This document shows positions 20,446 through 30,487 of a stretch of 64,000 nt of DNA, piece after piece. The stretch comes from Chakrabartia sp. (GTDB lineage Bacteria > Pseudomonadota > Alphaproteobacteria > Sphingomonadales > Sphingomonadaceae), in the NCBI GenBank assembly GCA_040398625.1, contig JBBATS010000001.1:47212-111211 (forward strand), written 5' to 3'. A model generated the notes under the pieces. It was not told the origin of the DNA. It made no database searches and was given only the letters and a program-made list of their open reading frames with translations. Both the position numbers and the translations under genes were made by a program. Each line of letters opens with the position of its first letter. Within the stretch, counting starts at the first letter, position 1.

Positions 20446-21443
20446 CCCAAGCGATTGACGAAGTTGTCGCTGATCGAACAGGCCGCCGGGCCGAGAATAA
20501 CGATAAATAGCACCGGCAGAATGAAAAGGATCAGCGGCACCGTCATGATGGCCGGCAGACGTGCGGCTTTCTCTTCCGCACGCATCATACGCTCGTTTCG
20601 GAATTCGGCCGACAGAACACGAAGTGCTGACGCCAGCGGTGTGCCATACTTCTCGGTCTGAATCATGGTCGTGACGACGCCCTTTACGGCATCAAGTGGA
20701 ACGCGTGTCGCCAGATTTTCAAACGCGGTTCGGCGATCTGTCAGGAAGCCGAGCTCGATGGACGTCAGTGTCAGTTCGTCGCCCAGTTCCGGATAGCCAC
20801 GGACAAGTTCTTTGGCCACGCGGCCGAAGGAGGCGTCGACCGTCAAGCCGGCTTCGGCGCAGATCACGAGCAGATCGAGCGCATCTGGAAGCCCCTTGCG
20901 GATCGCATCGGAACGCTTGGAAATCTTGTTCTGCAAGAAGATGTCGGGCGCTTTATACCCCCCGATGAGGGCCGCCGCTGCGGCACCGAAGCGCTTGAAA
21001 GGCGTCAGATCCGGCCAGTGGTTCATGACATAAATCATAAACACAGCGGTGCCACCAATGACGATGGGCAGGATTAGTCGGCTAAAGATGACCGCGATCG
21101 CCAGTTCTTTGGACCGGATACCAGCCTGCATCAGCTTAACCTGCGCCTCTTTGACCTGCGATTCCTGCAGCATCTTAAAGGTCGATAGGAAGCCACGCAG
21201 CTTGTCTGTGCGCTGGTTATTATGGGTGATCTTGGTGCGACGCTTGGACGTGGACGCAACGATGCCCGCCTTCAACTGCTCGCGCCGTTCGTTGAGCGCC
21301 TTGACCCTTTTGGCCATGGGGTCGCGCACTGTCGTTGCGGCATAAAGCGCGACAAGGATGGCGAGGGCTGCGACGGCCGTGAGCAGCGTCGCTACCCACA
21401 TAACGTCGACACCCATCAGGGTAGGGCCGGATACTGGTTGCAT
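20442..21443 (-). CDS. tadC: Tad pilus inner-membrane protein TadC (GspF family)
   Basis: LPDALDLLVICAEAGL, QTEKYGTPLASALR, AEEKAARLPAIMTVPLILFILP. Confidence 0.93.
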   Translation of the reverse strand: MQPVSGPTLMGVDVMWVATLLTAVAALAILVALYAATTVRDPMAKRVKALNERREQLKAGIVASTSKRRTKITHNNQRTDKLRGFLSTFKMLQESQVKEAQVKLMQAGIRSKELAIAVIFSRLILPIVIGGTAVFMIYVMNHWPDLTPFKRFGAAAAALIGGYKAPDIFLQNKISKRSDAIRKGLPDALDLLVICAEAGLTVDASFGRVAKELVRGYPELGDELTLTSIELGFLTDRRTAFENLATRVPLDAVKGVVTTMIQTEKYGTPLASALRVLSAEFRNERMMRAEEKAARLPAIMTVPLILFILPVLFIVILGPAACSISDNFVNRLG

Positions 21444-21467
21444 GTTCTTGTCTCGCTCCCGGATCCG

Positions 21468-22433
21468 TTAGATTTCAAAGCTGACCATTTTGGCCATGAT
21501 GGCGACCCCGATGCCCATCCAGAGCAGCCCGCCAAGGCCAATCACCATCAGGCGCTGGTCAATAAAGAAGTCCCCGATGTATGCCGGGTTCATGGTGTAC
21601 AGCAGGCCGAACACGATGAACGGCAGCGAGCCGACGATATAGGCAGAGGCCTTTGATTCCGAAGACATGGCGCGGATCTTCAGCTTCATCTGCGACCGTT
21701 TGCGCAACACGTCGGCGAGGTTTGACAGGGTTTCAGCCAAGTTGCCGCCCGTTTCGCGCTGAATGGCGAGCGAGATGCAGAAGAACTGAAACTCCGGAAT
21801 GTTGAGGCGTTCGGCCGCATCCTGCAGCGCTTCGTCCATCGTCCGTCCGATCCTGACCTTGTCGGCAACAAACTGAAATTCAGCGCCCACAGCACCCGGC
21901 AATTCCTTGCCGACGATGCCCAATGTTTCGGAGATAGGAAGGCCCGACCGCAAACCGCGCACCATAAGTTCGATGGCATCGGGAAAGCGGACGTTGAAAT
22001 CGCCAACGCGCTTCCCGATCAGAAAGCCGATTGTCATGTGCGGAAGGCCAAGGCCCAAAACCACCCCAGCCAAAAGGCCGAGCAGAATAGGGGCGCCCTT
22101 GATCACCAGTCCAGCCGCGACAAGGATGCCAATGCCGACGCAAGCCAGCGCGTAGTTTCGCAGCGTCCAGCTTTTGCCGGTCCGCTCAATGCGCTTGGCG
22201 AGCAGCTCCGGGTTCGGGATCAGGCTGGTGCCGATGCTCTGGTTGGGAGTCGGTTTTGAGGCAACCATTTTGCGCATCTGTTTTTCAACAGAGTTTGTGG
22301 CGGCGCCGTGCCGTTCTCTCAACTCATCCAGACGGCGGTGATACGCCTTGCCTTGAGACGGTCCGGAAAAGGCAAGAAACAGCAGGGCGAGGGCCAGGAG
22401 GGCACCAGAGCCAAGCATGATAACGGACATCAT
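21468..22433 (-). CDS. tadB: Tad pilus inner-membrane protein TadB
   Basis: FPDAIELMVRGLRSGLP, IQRETGGNLAETLSNL, KIRAMSSE. Confidence 0.93.
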   Translation of the reverse strand: MMSVIMLGSGALLALALLFLAFSGPSQGKAYHRRLDELRERHGAATNSVEKQMRKMVASKPTPNQSIGTSLIPNPELLAKRIERTGKSWTLRNYALACVGIGILVAAGLVIKGAPILLGLLAGVVLGLGLPHMTIGFLIGKRVGDFNVRFPDAIELMVRGLRSGLPISETLGIVGKELPGAVGAEFQFVADKVRIGRTMDEALQDAAERLNIPEFQFFCISLAIQRETGGNLAETLSNLADVLRKRSQMKLKIRAMSSESKASAYIVGSLPFIVFGLLYTMNPAYIGDFFIDQRLMVIGLGGLLWMGIGVAIMAKMVSFEI

Positions 22434-22484
22434 CTTACTGCCACTTTCCTATCGTCAAAAACCAATGCGGTGCCGCAACGTCGA

Positions 22485-23798
22485 TTAGGCGACCGGTTCC
22501 GCAGCCTGTTTTGAGGCCTTTTTGGGGAACAGGGATTTCAGATCGCCGATCTTTGTCATCAAGGATGGCTTTGCTGCTGCCTTGGTGCCGATCATCGGCA
22601 GGTCGTTTTCCTGACCCGCGATCGCGAGCATCTTGGTCACGACATCCTGCAGAGCGCCGCCGATCTTTGATCCCTTGCCCGCATCAGCTACCGGCTTGCC
22701 AAGCTTGGCGGCCTGGCTGGTGACTTTAAGGTCATAGGGAATGACGACATCGATCTTGCGCTCGATTGAGGCTTCGAAATCCTTCTTGGTGATTTCCGGC
22801 GTTGCGCCGGCCACCACCTTGTTCAAGACAACGATGACCTGTGATTGTGGCGCGTTTGATTTGAGCCAGGAAAGAATGCGGATCACATCGCGCGCGGATG
22901 CGAGCGTCAGCTCTGCGACAATGACTGTGCATTGTACGTCGCCCATCAGGTGCGGGTGCTGAACCAGCGTGGTGCGCGGAAGATCGATGACGGTGCATTC
23001 AAACGCCGTCTTCATTTCCTCTTGCAGCAGATGGAAGGCCGTACCGTCCGTCAGCGTTGGCTGATGGATGGGGGCTTCTGCCGAGAGGATCGCCAGCTTT
23101 TCGCTTGCCTTCACCATCGCGCGCTCAATGAAGAGACCGTCGATGCGGCTCGGGTTCTCGATCGCATCGGTCAGGCCGCGGCCGGGTTCCAAATCCAGCG
23201 TCAGGGCACCTGTTCCAAAATGCAGGTCGAGGTCGAGCAGCGATGTCGAACGCCGCTCTTTCTCAGCCAGCAGCCATGCAATGGAGGTGGCCAGCGTGGA
23301 CGCGCCCGATCCGCCGCGCGCGCCGATGATGGCGGTCATCAGGTGCGGACGTTCAATGGGGCCTTCGCCAGCCTTAGGTGCATGAAGAACGGCCTGAGCA
23401 TGGGCGATGGCGTCGCGCAATTGGTCTGGGCTGAACGGCTTCAGAAGATAATCCTGAATGCCGCTGGCCAACAGGTCGCGGTACAAGCGCACGTCATTCA
23501 CCTGGCCCGCCGCGATCACGACAGTGCCGGGCTCGCAGACTTCGGCCAGTGCGTTGATGTCGTTCAGCGGATCGCCGGACTCAGACAGGTCAACGAAAAG
23601 GATGTTCGGGCTTGCGGCGACCGAAAGTGTCTGGACGGCATTGCGAAGGCCGCCCTTATGGACCTTCTCAACCGCCCATCCCATTTCGACAATAACAGGA
23701 CGGATGACGTCGGCTGCGTTGTCGTCACAAACGAAGGCAGCAAAAGGCTCGCGGTTCGCACCGCCACCGCCACGCGAAGGAGACCAGGGAGCGTTCAT
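22485..23798 (-). CDS. cpaE: Pilus assembly protein CpaE/TadZ (receiver-like plus atypical ParA domain)
   Basis: NDVRLYRDLLASGIQDYLLKP, GARGGSGASTLA, DLDLHFGT. Confidence 0.92.
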   Translation of the reverse strand: MNAPWSPSRGGGGANREPFAAFVCDDNAADVIRPVIVEMGWAVEKVHKGGLRNAVQTLSVAASPNILFVDLSESGDPLNDINALAEVCEPGTVVIAAGQVNDVRLYRDLLASGIQDYLLKPFSPDQLRDAIAHAQAVLHAPKAGEGPIERPHLMTAIIGARGGSGASTLATSIAWLLAEKERRSTSLLDLDLHFGTGALTLDLEPGRGLTDAIENPSRIDGLFIERAMVKASEKLAILSAEAPIHQPTLTDGTAFHLLQEEMKTAFECTVIDLPRTTLVQHPHLMGDVQCTVIVAELTLASARDVIRILSWLKSNAPQSQVIVVLNKVVAGATPEITKKDFEASIERKIDVVIPYDLKVTSQAAKLGKPVADAGKGSKIGGALQDVVTKMLAIAGQENDLPMIGTKAAAKPSLMTKIGDLKSLFPKKASKQAAEPVA

Positions 23799-24427
23799 TA
23801 GTTCTTGGTTCCTTCCTTGATCAAGCCGCCGGCACCTGTTGACGGTGCATCACGATACGTCTTGACGGCCTTGCTGGAGGCCAGTGTGGACGCGACAGGG
23901 CTGCCGGAACGGCCGGAGACGAGGTCTTCTGGATTGGCGATCATCGCCGCCAAATTGCTGTTGGTCGCGCAGCCATAGTTGGATGAGGCATGGCCGGTCA
24001 TATCGGGTTGTGAGGCACGGCTCCAGTCCGGGCAGCCTGGCACGCTGGCCTTGATGCGGCTTACCACCACGCGGACATTGCCCGGCGCGATCTCACCCGC
24101 TGTGAGCGGTGCGGTCTCTTCCAAAAGCAGGCCATAGCGTGCGGCGAGGGAGGCAACGGCCTCCCGCGTGGCCCGCGTGTCGCCCGCGCTGGTCGAGTCG
24201 ACCGAAACGCGATCGCCATAGGTGAGCTTCATGGCTTCGAACCAACCGGCAAGGCGCTGGAGCTCTGTCCGTTCCAGACCACCCTGACCGGCGACATCAT
24301 AGACATAGTCTGTCCGCTGGACGACCGGCTGGTGAACGCTGCTCAGGCCCCGGTTTTCCGTGCCACAGGCAGAAACCGCCAGAGCGAGCCCAAGAAGGAG
24401 AGTGTGACGTGCCTTGTACATGACCAT
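23798..24427 (-). CDS. cpaD: Pilus assembly lipoprotein CpaD
   Basis: Lipobox LAVSAC, PGCPDWS, SNYGCATNSNLAAMIANPEDL; RBS GGAAGGA before ATG 24427. Confidence 0.9.
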   Translation of the reverse strand: MVMYKARHTLLLGLALAVSACGTENRGLSSVHQPVVQRTDYVYDVAGQGGLERTELQRLAGWFEAMKLTYGDRVSVDSTSAGDTRATREAVASLAARYGLLLEETAPLTAGEIAPGNVRVVVSRIKASVPGCPDWSRASQPDMTGHASSNYGCATNSNLAAMIANPEDLVSGRSGSPVASTLASSKAVKTYRDAPSTGAGGLIKEGTKN

Positions 24428-24442
24428 TATTCCTTCCACCAA

Positions 24443-26107
24443 TTAGTTGCCAAAGCCGGGAGCGGGCGTGTTCGCCGCTGCAGACTTACGAGATGCTTTC
24501 GATCCAGACGTTGGTGCCGGGAGCATGCCGCCAACAGACGGGGCTGCAGGCACGGTGACCGGATCCCCCATTGTCGGCTTCTTGGGTTGTTCTCCGGTCT
24601 TGCCGGTGAAGGTCTGACCCATGACGATGCGGTCAAAGTCACTCGGGGTGCGATAGCCGTCAGTCGGCAGCTTGATCTCACCTGCCGAAACTGGCTTCAC
24701 CAGATAAGGCGTCACGACGATCACAAGTTCTGTCTCGTTCTTACGGAAGCCGTTTGAGCGGAACAGCGTGCCAAGAACGGGGAGGTTGCCAAGCCCCGGC
24801 GCACGGTCAATCGAGTTGTTCTGCGTGTTCTGCATCAGACCACCGATCATGAAGCTCTGGCCGGAACCAAGCTCCACGGTCGTTTCGACGCGGCGGGTCG
24901 CGAGGGCTGGAACCTGAAAGCCGTTGATGACAACCGAGCCAGCCGATGTCAGCTGCGACACTTCCGGTCGGACGCGCATCGAGATGCGGCCATCAGACAG
25001 CACGGTTGGCGTGAAAGCCAGGCTGACACCATATTGCTTATACTCAATCGACACCTGACCTAGCGAGGTCGACAGCGGGATCGGGATTTCGCCACCCGCC
25101 AGGAAGCTCGCGGTTTCGCCTGAAAGTGCGGTCAACGTCGGCTGGGCAAGCGTTGTTGCCATCCCGTCGGTTTCAGCAAGGTCGATCGCCGAAGCGAGGT
25201 CGAGACCCAGCAGGCGACCTGCAAGGCCGATGCTTGTCTTGCCGGCGCCAAGCCCAAGTGACTTGAAGTCATAGGCGGTTCCGCCCTTGGCAATGAACTG
25301 ACCCGTTGTAGGATCAAACGGCAGCGAGATCGAACCGCTCGGCAATCCGAACAGCGAGGATGCATCCAGCTTTGGAAGGCCCGACAGGTCCTGTGTGCCG
25401 ATGGAACCAAAATTGCGGCCTTGGGAAATGCCCATCAGAAAGCCACCGGTCGTATCGCGCGACAACAGGTTGACGCCGAATTCCTTAACCAGCTGGCGGT
25501 TCACTTCCGCAATCTTCACCTGCAGGTTGACCTGAAGCGGGGTTGCCGTCTTCGTGCGGTTCACAACTTCAATATCGTTACCCACAAAGGCACGGGCAAG
25601 ACGTTCAGCCTCAGCCCCGTCTTCGGGCGACGCCACGGTGCCGGTCAGCAGGACCAGACCGTTCATCGTCGTCGCCTTGATGTCGGCTTCCGGCATGGCG
25701 AGGTTCAGCATCTCGTCAATCGAGTTGACGTTGGCACCGACACGGACGTTGGCTGAGTAGACAACCTTGCCGGCCGCGGTCGTAGCAAACACCGTCGATT
25801 CGCCGCTCGCCTTACCCAGAATGTAGAGCTGACGCGGAGAGCGGACTTGGACGTCTGCAACGTCCTGATTGGAAATCAAGACATCCGAGATGGGGACAGG
25901 AAGCGTGACAAGCTGGCCACGGCCCTTGGAGAGCGAAATCTCCGTCGAGGCGCGTTGCGTAACAGGTGCGCTCGAACCCGACACCTGGACGGCGCGTACG
26001 GTTGGACGCTTTGGCGCTGCAGCCGGGGCGGAGGTCGTCACGAGGGCCACTGAGATGGCGCTCGCCGCGAGGAGCGCTTTGCGCCCGTAATTGGTGTTGG
26101 TGCTCAT
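24443..26107 (-). CDS. cpaC: Pilus secretin CpaC/RcpA
   Basis: QVNLQVKIAEVNR, LAQPTLTALSGETASFLAGGEIP, PGLGNLPVLGTLFRS, ETELVIVVTPYLV; start at ATG 26107. Confidence 0.93.
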   Translation of the reverse strand: MSTNTNYGRKALLAASAISVALVTTSAPAAAPKRPTVRAVQVSGSSAPVTQRASTEISLSKGRGQLVTLPVPISDVLISNQDVADVQVRSPRQLYILGKASGESTVFATTAAGKVVYSANVRVGANVNSIDEMLNLAMPEADIKATTMNGLVLLTGTVASPEDGAEAERLARAFVGNDIEVVNRTKTATPLQVNLQVKIAEVNRQLVKEFGVNLLSRDTTGGFLMGISQGRNFGSIGTQDLSGLPKLDASSLFGLPSGSISLPFDPTTGQFIAKGGTAYDFKSLGLGAGKTSIGLAGRLLGLDLASAIDLAETDGMATTLAQPTLTALSGETASFLAGGEIPIPLSTSLGQVSIEYKQYGVSLAFTPTVLSDGRISMRVRPEVSQLTSAGSVVINGFQVPALATRRVETTVELGSGQSFMIGGLMQNTQNNSIDRAPGLGNLPVLGTLFRSNGFRKNETELVIVVTPYLVKPVSAGEIKLPTDGYRTPSDFDRIVMGQTFTGKTGEQPKKPTMGDPVTVPAAPSVGGMLPAPTSGSKASRKSAAANTPAPGFGN

Positions 26108-26108
26108 G

Positions 26109-27122
26109 TTACTTGCCCCCAAACGTGACTTCTGTGGGTGTCGAACTGCGCCAGACTTTGACAACCGGACCGCGGTTTGCAGGATCGACAGATGCTCCGG
26201 CCGTCGGCGTGCCGCCGTTGGATGAAGCTGTGCTGGTCTGGGCACGCGGAACCGAACGACGCTGGAAACGCGACACGTCGGCACCCGTCACAAAGGTCGG
26301 GTCGGTATCGACCGGACGCGATGCGATGGCGAGCAGCATCTGCTTTTCCGTCTTCGGGTCAGCGCCTTCGGGAACCCGCACGTCGCCAGATGCAATCGCA
26401 CGTTCCAGTTCCGACGCATTGTCGGCAATGGAGCGCAAGGACAGCGAGAGCTGACCGATCGACTGAGCAACGGCAATCTTCTCTGCGATGCGCGGCGTGA
26501 CTTCCAGCGTGACGTTGGACGACACCTTCACTTCGGTGTTGCCATCCTTGTCTTCCGAAACGGTCCGCTGGTCCGTCGCAAGAACGCGGACATTGCGAAT
26601 GATCGTTTCAGAGGCGCGCAGGGCCGGGCCGTCACTGCCGTCCACTGACTGTGTCAGCACCATATCGACGCGGTCACCCGGGAAGACGAAGCCGGCAACG
26701 CCGCTTTGCGCGGACACCGAAACCGTAACGGCACGCATGCCTGGTCCGAGCGCTGCTGCCAGGAAGCCGCGGTCACCCGATTTGACGAGTGCGCCTTGTG
26801 TGATCGGCTGCCCAGCGGAGATCGCATTGCGAACCACGGTGCCGTGCAGCTGGTTCAGATCGACGTTCTGACCCTCAACGAAATAGGCGTTTTCCACCAA
26901 CTCCTTGGGCCAGGGCTGATAGCGAAAGCTGTCAGGGCCGATGATGGTGCCAATGGGCAAGGCGCGGGTCGCGACCAAAATCTTTGGCCCAACAGGCTGC
27001 GGCGCGGCTGCGGCTTGCACCTGCGGTGCCGGAGACCCCGCAAACATGTTCTTCGCCATAAAGGCTGTGACACCCGCTATAATGAGCGCCCCAACCAGGA
27101 GTGCGATTTTCTTAGGATCCAT
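26109..27122 (-). CDS. cpaB: Flp pilus assembly protein CpaB/RcpC
   Basis: SAF domain ILVATRALPIG, GMRAVTV, GFVFPGDRVDMVLT, VRVLATDQ. Start is 27122 or 27131. Confidence 0.93.
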   Translation of the reverse strand: MDPKKIALLVGALIIAGVTAFMAKNMFAGSPAPQVQAAAAPQPVGPKILVATRALPIGTIIGPDSFRYQPWPKELVENAYFVEGQNVDLNQLHGTVVRNAISAGQPITQGALVKSGDRGFLAAALGPGMRAVTVSVSAQSGVAGFVFPGDRVDMVLTQSVDGSDGPALRASETIIRNVRVLATDQRTVSEDKDGNTEVKVSSNVTLEVTPRIAEKIAVAQSIGQLSLSLRSIADNASELERAIASGDVRVPEGADPKTEKQMLLAIASRPVDTDPTFVTGADVSRFQRRSVPRAQTSTASSNGGTPTAGASVDPANRGPVVKVWRSSTPTEVTFGGK

Positions 27123-27171
27123 GACGCGCATTCCCCTTGCCGCGTGGGTTAATCATTCAAGGCAAGAGTGA

Positions 27172-27645
27172 TCACCCAAAATGGTTAAAATATCGTTCGT
27201 GAATGGCCCATATGCCCGCCATGGAAATGGCGACCCCATAGGGAACCTCGATGTTTTTGCCGGATTTCCGTGCCTTTTCGAACGCCCACATGCCAAGCGT
27301 GATGATCCCGCCGATAATCGACATGACCATCAGGAGTTGCAGGAAAGCGATTGCCGGGAACCAGAGTGCGAGTGCAGCGATCAGTTTGACATCACCGCCA
27401 CCCATCGCGTTGAGCGCAAAAAAGATCGAAAACAGAGCCAAGAAGCCGATGGCGACACCGATCTGAATGGCGATATCCGGCCAAAGCGACATGCCGGTCG
27501 TGGCCCACATGAGCGGCGCGCACGCAGCGATGGTAATGACGAGCCAATTCGGAATGGTGCGGGTGCGCACATCGCCAAATGCCGCAAAAGCCAGCATGAG
27601 GGCGAGGGCCGCATAGAGCGCCATGACAAGTGTAAGTCCGTTCAT
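27172..27645 (-). CDS. cpaA: Prepilin peptidase CpaA/TadV (A24)
   Basis: AAFGDVRTRTIPNW and MGGGDVKL (two catalytic Asp), VPYGVAI. Confidence 0.93.
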   Translation of the reverse strand: MNGLTLVMALYAALALMLAFAAFGDVRTRTIPNWLVITIAACAPLMWATTGMSLWPDIAIQIGVAIGFLALFSIFFALNAMGGGDVKLIAALALWFPAIAFLQLLMVMSIIGGIITLGMWAFEKARKSGKNIEVPYGVAISMAGIWAIHERYFNHFG

Positions 27646-27762
27646 GGCACCTTCCTATAATCACGACGCATTATCAAAGCGTAACTAAGTAAACGAAGGC
27701 GGGAACGCCTTGTCCCAAAGGGCAGGGTTGACCGGTCCATGCCGCATCGCCACTGCACGCCC

Positions 27763-28890
27763 ATGGCTTATGACGTCGCCATTATCGGAGCTGGAATTGC
27801 CGGAGCGAGCCTTGCAGCCGCGCTATCCGCGCACATGTCCGTCATTGTGTTGGAGGCGGAAGATCAGCCCGGATATCACACGACAGGACGCTCTGCTGCT
27901 TTCTGGAGCGTGACCTACGGCGGGCCGGTCGTTCAGCCTTTGTCCTCGGCTTCGGGGCCGTTTCTCGCCAACCCGCCCAAGTCGTTTTCTGAAAACGGTT
28001 TTCTGTTGCGTCGCGGTGCATTGATGATCGGGCGGGCGCAGGATGAGGCTCAGATTGCTGACTTTCTCTTTGCGTTTGAGGGTTCAGGCGTGGCCCTAGA
28101 GCGGTTGGTGGCAGGCGGTGTGCGGGCCCATATGCCCGGCGCGCACGCAGCGTGGGACCGCGCGGTCTGGGAACCCAGCACGACGGATATCGATGTTGCA
28201 CGGCTTCATGCTGCCTATCTGCGGCAGGCAAAGCAGACGGGCGCGGTTCTGGCGACCAGCCAAAAGGTGCAGCGCATTTCCCGCGGTCAGCAGGGTTGGA
28301 CATTATCATGTTCCAGCGAAGAGGTTTTGGCCAACCGGATCATCAATGCAGCCGGCGCGTGGGCGGACGATGTCGCGCGGCTTGCAGGTATCGAACCTGT
28401 CGGTGTGACGCCTTATCGACGGACGATGGTGCAGTTAGAAGTCGCGGCGGACGTGCCTGCGAACCTTCCGCTTGTCGTCGACATCAATGAGCAATTCTAT
28501 TTCAAACCTGACGGGCAAAACCGCATATGGTTGAGCCCACATGATGAAACACCGTCACTGCCCTGCGATGCCGCGCCCGAAGAGATGGATGTCGCTCTGG
28601 CCATTGCGCGCTTTGAAGAGGTGATGGACTGGCCGGTTGTCCGTGTTGAGCGGACATGGGCGGGATTGAGGAACTTTGCACCGGACAGGCTGCCGGTTTT
28701 CGGCGCCGATCCGCAAGGCGCGGGCTTTTTCTGGTGCGCAGGGCAGGGTGGCTTCGGCATCCAGACGGCGCCTGCCATTGCCGATCTCTTGGCGGCCGAA
28801 ATTCTAGGGCAACAACCCGGCGCCGAATATGGCCGCATCAACCCCGCCGCCTTTGCGCCGGGTAGGGAAACCCTAAGATCGCAACCTTAG
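27763..28890 (+). CDS. FAD-dependent oxidoreductase, DAO family (D-amino acid dehydrogenase DauA-like)
   Basis: DVAIIGAGIAG, GYHTTGRSAA, NAAGAWAD, WAGLRNFAPDRLPVFG, GQGGFGIQTAPA. Confidence 0.88.
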   Translation: MAYDVAIIGAGIAGASLAAALSAHMSVIVLEAEDQPGYHTTGRSAAFWSVTYGGPVVQPLSSASGPFLANPPKSFSENGFLLRRGALMIGRAQDEAQIADFLFAFEGSGVALERLVAGGVRAHMPGAHAAWDRAVWEPSTTDIDVARLHAAYLRQAKQTGAVLATSQKVQRISRGQQGWTLSCSSEEVLANRIINAAGAWADDVARLAGIEPVGVTPYRRTMVQLEVAADVPANLPLVVDINEQFYFKPDGQNRIWLSPHDETPSLPCDAAPEEMDVALAIARFEEVMDWPVVRVERTWAGLRNFAPDRLPVFGADPQGAGFFWCAGQGGFGIQTAPAIADLLAAEILGQQPGAEYGRINPAAFAPGRETLRSQP

Positions 28891-29060
28891 GCTTCGACGA
28901 TTTCGGCTGAGCCGGAATTCTGGACGTTATCAATGCATTTCAGGCAGGCGGCCTTGGAACTATAGCCCTCACTTGCCGTGGCGAGGACGTTCCCATTCTG
29001 GTGGCGCAGGCGCCAGCGGAACTCACCTTTGGCATCCTTGTAGACTTCGAACGTCATCAT
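28887..29060 (-). CDS. YegP/DUF1508 family small protein (single domain)
   Basis: FEVYKDAKGEFRWRL, NGNVLATASEGYSSKAAC; RBS GGAGAG. Confidence 0.88.
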   Translation of the reverse strand: MMTFEVYKDAKGEFRWRLRHQNGNVLATASEGYSSKAACLKCIDNVQNSGSAEIVEA

Positions 29061-29091
29061 CGCTCTCCCCATCCTGATGGCGGTGGAGCGA

Positions 29092-29550
29092 TTATGCGCC
29101 GCTTTTTGCGGCATTCAAGGCCGCGTCGCTGGCCAGCTTGTCTGCGCGTTCATTGTCCGGATCGCCATTATGGCCTTTGACCCAGCGCCAATCGATTGTG
29201 TGTCCTGCGCAGGCTTCGACAAGCTCTTGCCATAGTTCAGCATTTTTGACGGGCTTCTTGTCAGCGGTGCGCCAACCATTTTTGCGCCAGCCGTGAATCC
29301 ACTTCGTAATCCCGTCGCGCACATAGACGCTGTCGGTCTCCAAAATGACCTGACAGGGGCGCTTTAACGCCTGAAGTCCGCGAATCGCTGCCGTCAATTC
29401 CATCCTGTTGTTGGTGGTCAGCGGCTCTCCACCAGACAAATCCCGTTCGCTGCCATTGGCGGCGCGCAGGACGACACCCCAGCCTCCGGGGCCGGGATTG
29501 CCTTTGCAGGCGCCGTCAGTCGACATCTTGATGCGGGGCAGGTCGGTCAC
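29092..29550 (-). CDS. rnhA: Ribonuclease HI
   Basis: [38 protein letters not shown]. Confidence 0.97.
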   Translation of the reverse strand: MTDLPRIKMSTDGACKGNPGPGGWGVVLRAANGSERDLSGGEPLTTNNRMELTAAIRGLQALKRPCQVILETDSVYVRDGITKWIHGWRKNGWRTADKKPVKNAELWQELVEACAGHTIDWRWVKGHNGDPDNERADKLASDAALNAAKSGA

Positions 29551-30482
29551 TGGGCGGCGTAGTGTTCAAGCCGGGTGAGGAAGGCCATCGGGTCCTTGCG
29601 CGTGACAAGCGCATCAGCGGGCGTGTTCAACCAATCCCAAGCGCGGGTCAGCAGGAAGCGCAGGCAGGCCCCACGTGCGAGGATATAAAAAGCTGCGCGC
29701 TCGGCCTCGGTCCGCCCGAAGCTCTCATCATATCCACGGACAAGGGACTCGCCCACGTCCTCCAGATAGGTGTTGTTTGCGTCGAAGCTCCACGACACAT
29801 GCGTCACAGCCAGATCCCAGGCGCGGATTTCGGTGCAGGCGAAGTAGAAATCGATGACTGCGCAGACCGTTTCGCCTGCCATCAGGACATTGTCGGGGAA
29901 AAGGTCCGCATGGATCACGCTTTTGTCGAGATCGGCAGGCCAGTTGGCGCTTAGGAACGCGCATTCGTCGGCCACGCGTTGTTTGAGGCCCGGCTGGATT
30001 TTGTCCAGATCATCCCCGCATCGCGCCGCCAGCTCAAGCCAACCGTCCAGTCCAAGCGTATTGGGGCGGTTGAGCGAGAAGTCCTTCAGTGCTGCATGCA
30101 ACTGTCCGAGAGCCCGCCCGGTCGACAGTGCCTGCGCCTGAGTGGGGTGCGAGACGCTTAAGCCGGGCATGAAGTCCATCATCGCCATCGACTTGCCGTT
30201 GTGGCTGATCGTGGCGGCACCTTCCGCCGTCTTCAAGGACGCTGGCACGGGGCAGCCCTTGGCTACGAGGTGGTCGATCATCGCCATGAAAAATGGCAGG
30301 TCCGCCGTGTCGACCCGCTTTTCATAGACGGTGAAGATGAAGCGGCCCTTGGTCGTTTCGACCAGATAGTTGCTGTTCTCAACGCCTTCAGCGATGCCCT
30401 TGGCGGAAATCAGTTTGCCTGCATCAAATCGCAGGACGAGTTCAGCCATCTCCTCAGCAGGGATCTGGGTGTAGACGGCCAT
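29547..30482 (-). CDS. thrB: Homoserine kinase type II
   Basis: [40 protein letters not shown]. Confidence 0.95.
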   Translation of the reverse strand: MAVYTQIPAEEMAELVLRFDAGKLISAKGIAEGVENSNYLVETTKGRFIFTVYEKRVDTADLPFFMAMIDHLVAKGCPVPASLKTAEGAATISHNGKSMAMMDFMPGLSVSHPTQAQALSTGRALGQLHAALKDFSLNRPNTLGLDGWLELAARCGDDLDKIQPGLKQRVADECAFLSANWPADLDKSVIHADLFPDNVLMAGETVCAVIDFYFACTEIRAWDLAVTHVSWSFDANNTYLEDVGESLVRGYDESFGRTEAERAAFYILARGACLRFLLTRAWDWLNTPADALVTRKDPMAFLTRLEHYAAQ

Positions 30483-30487
30483 GGCGA

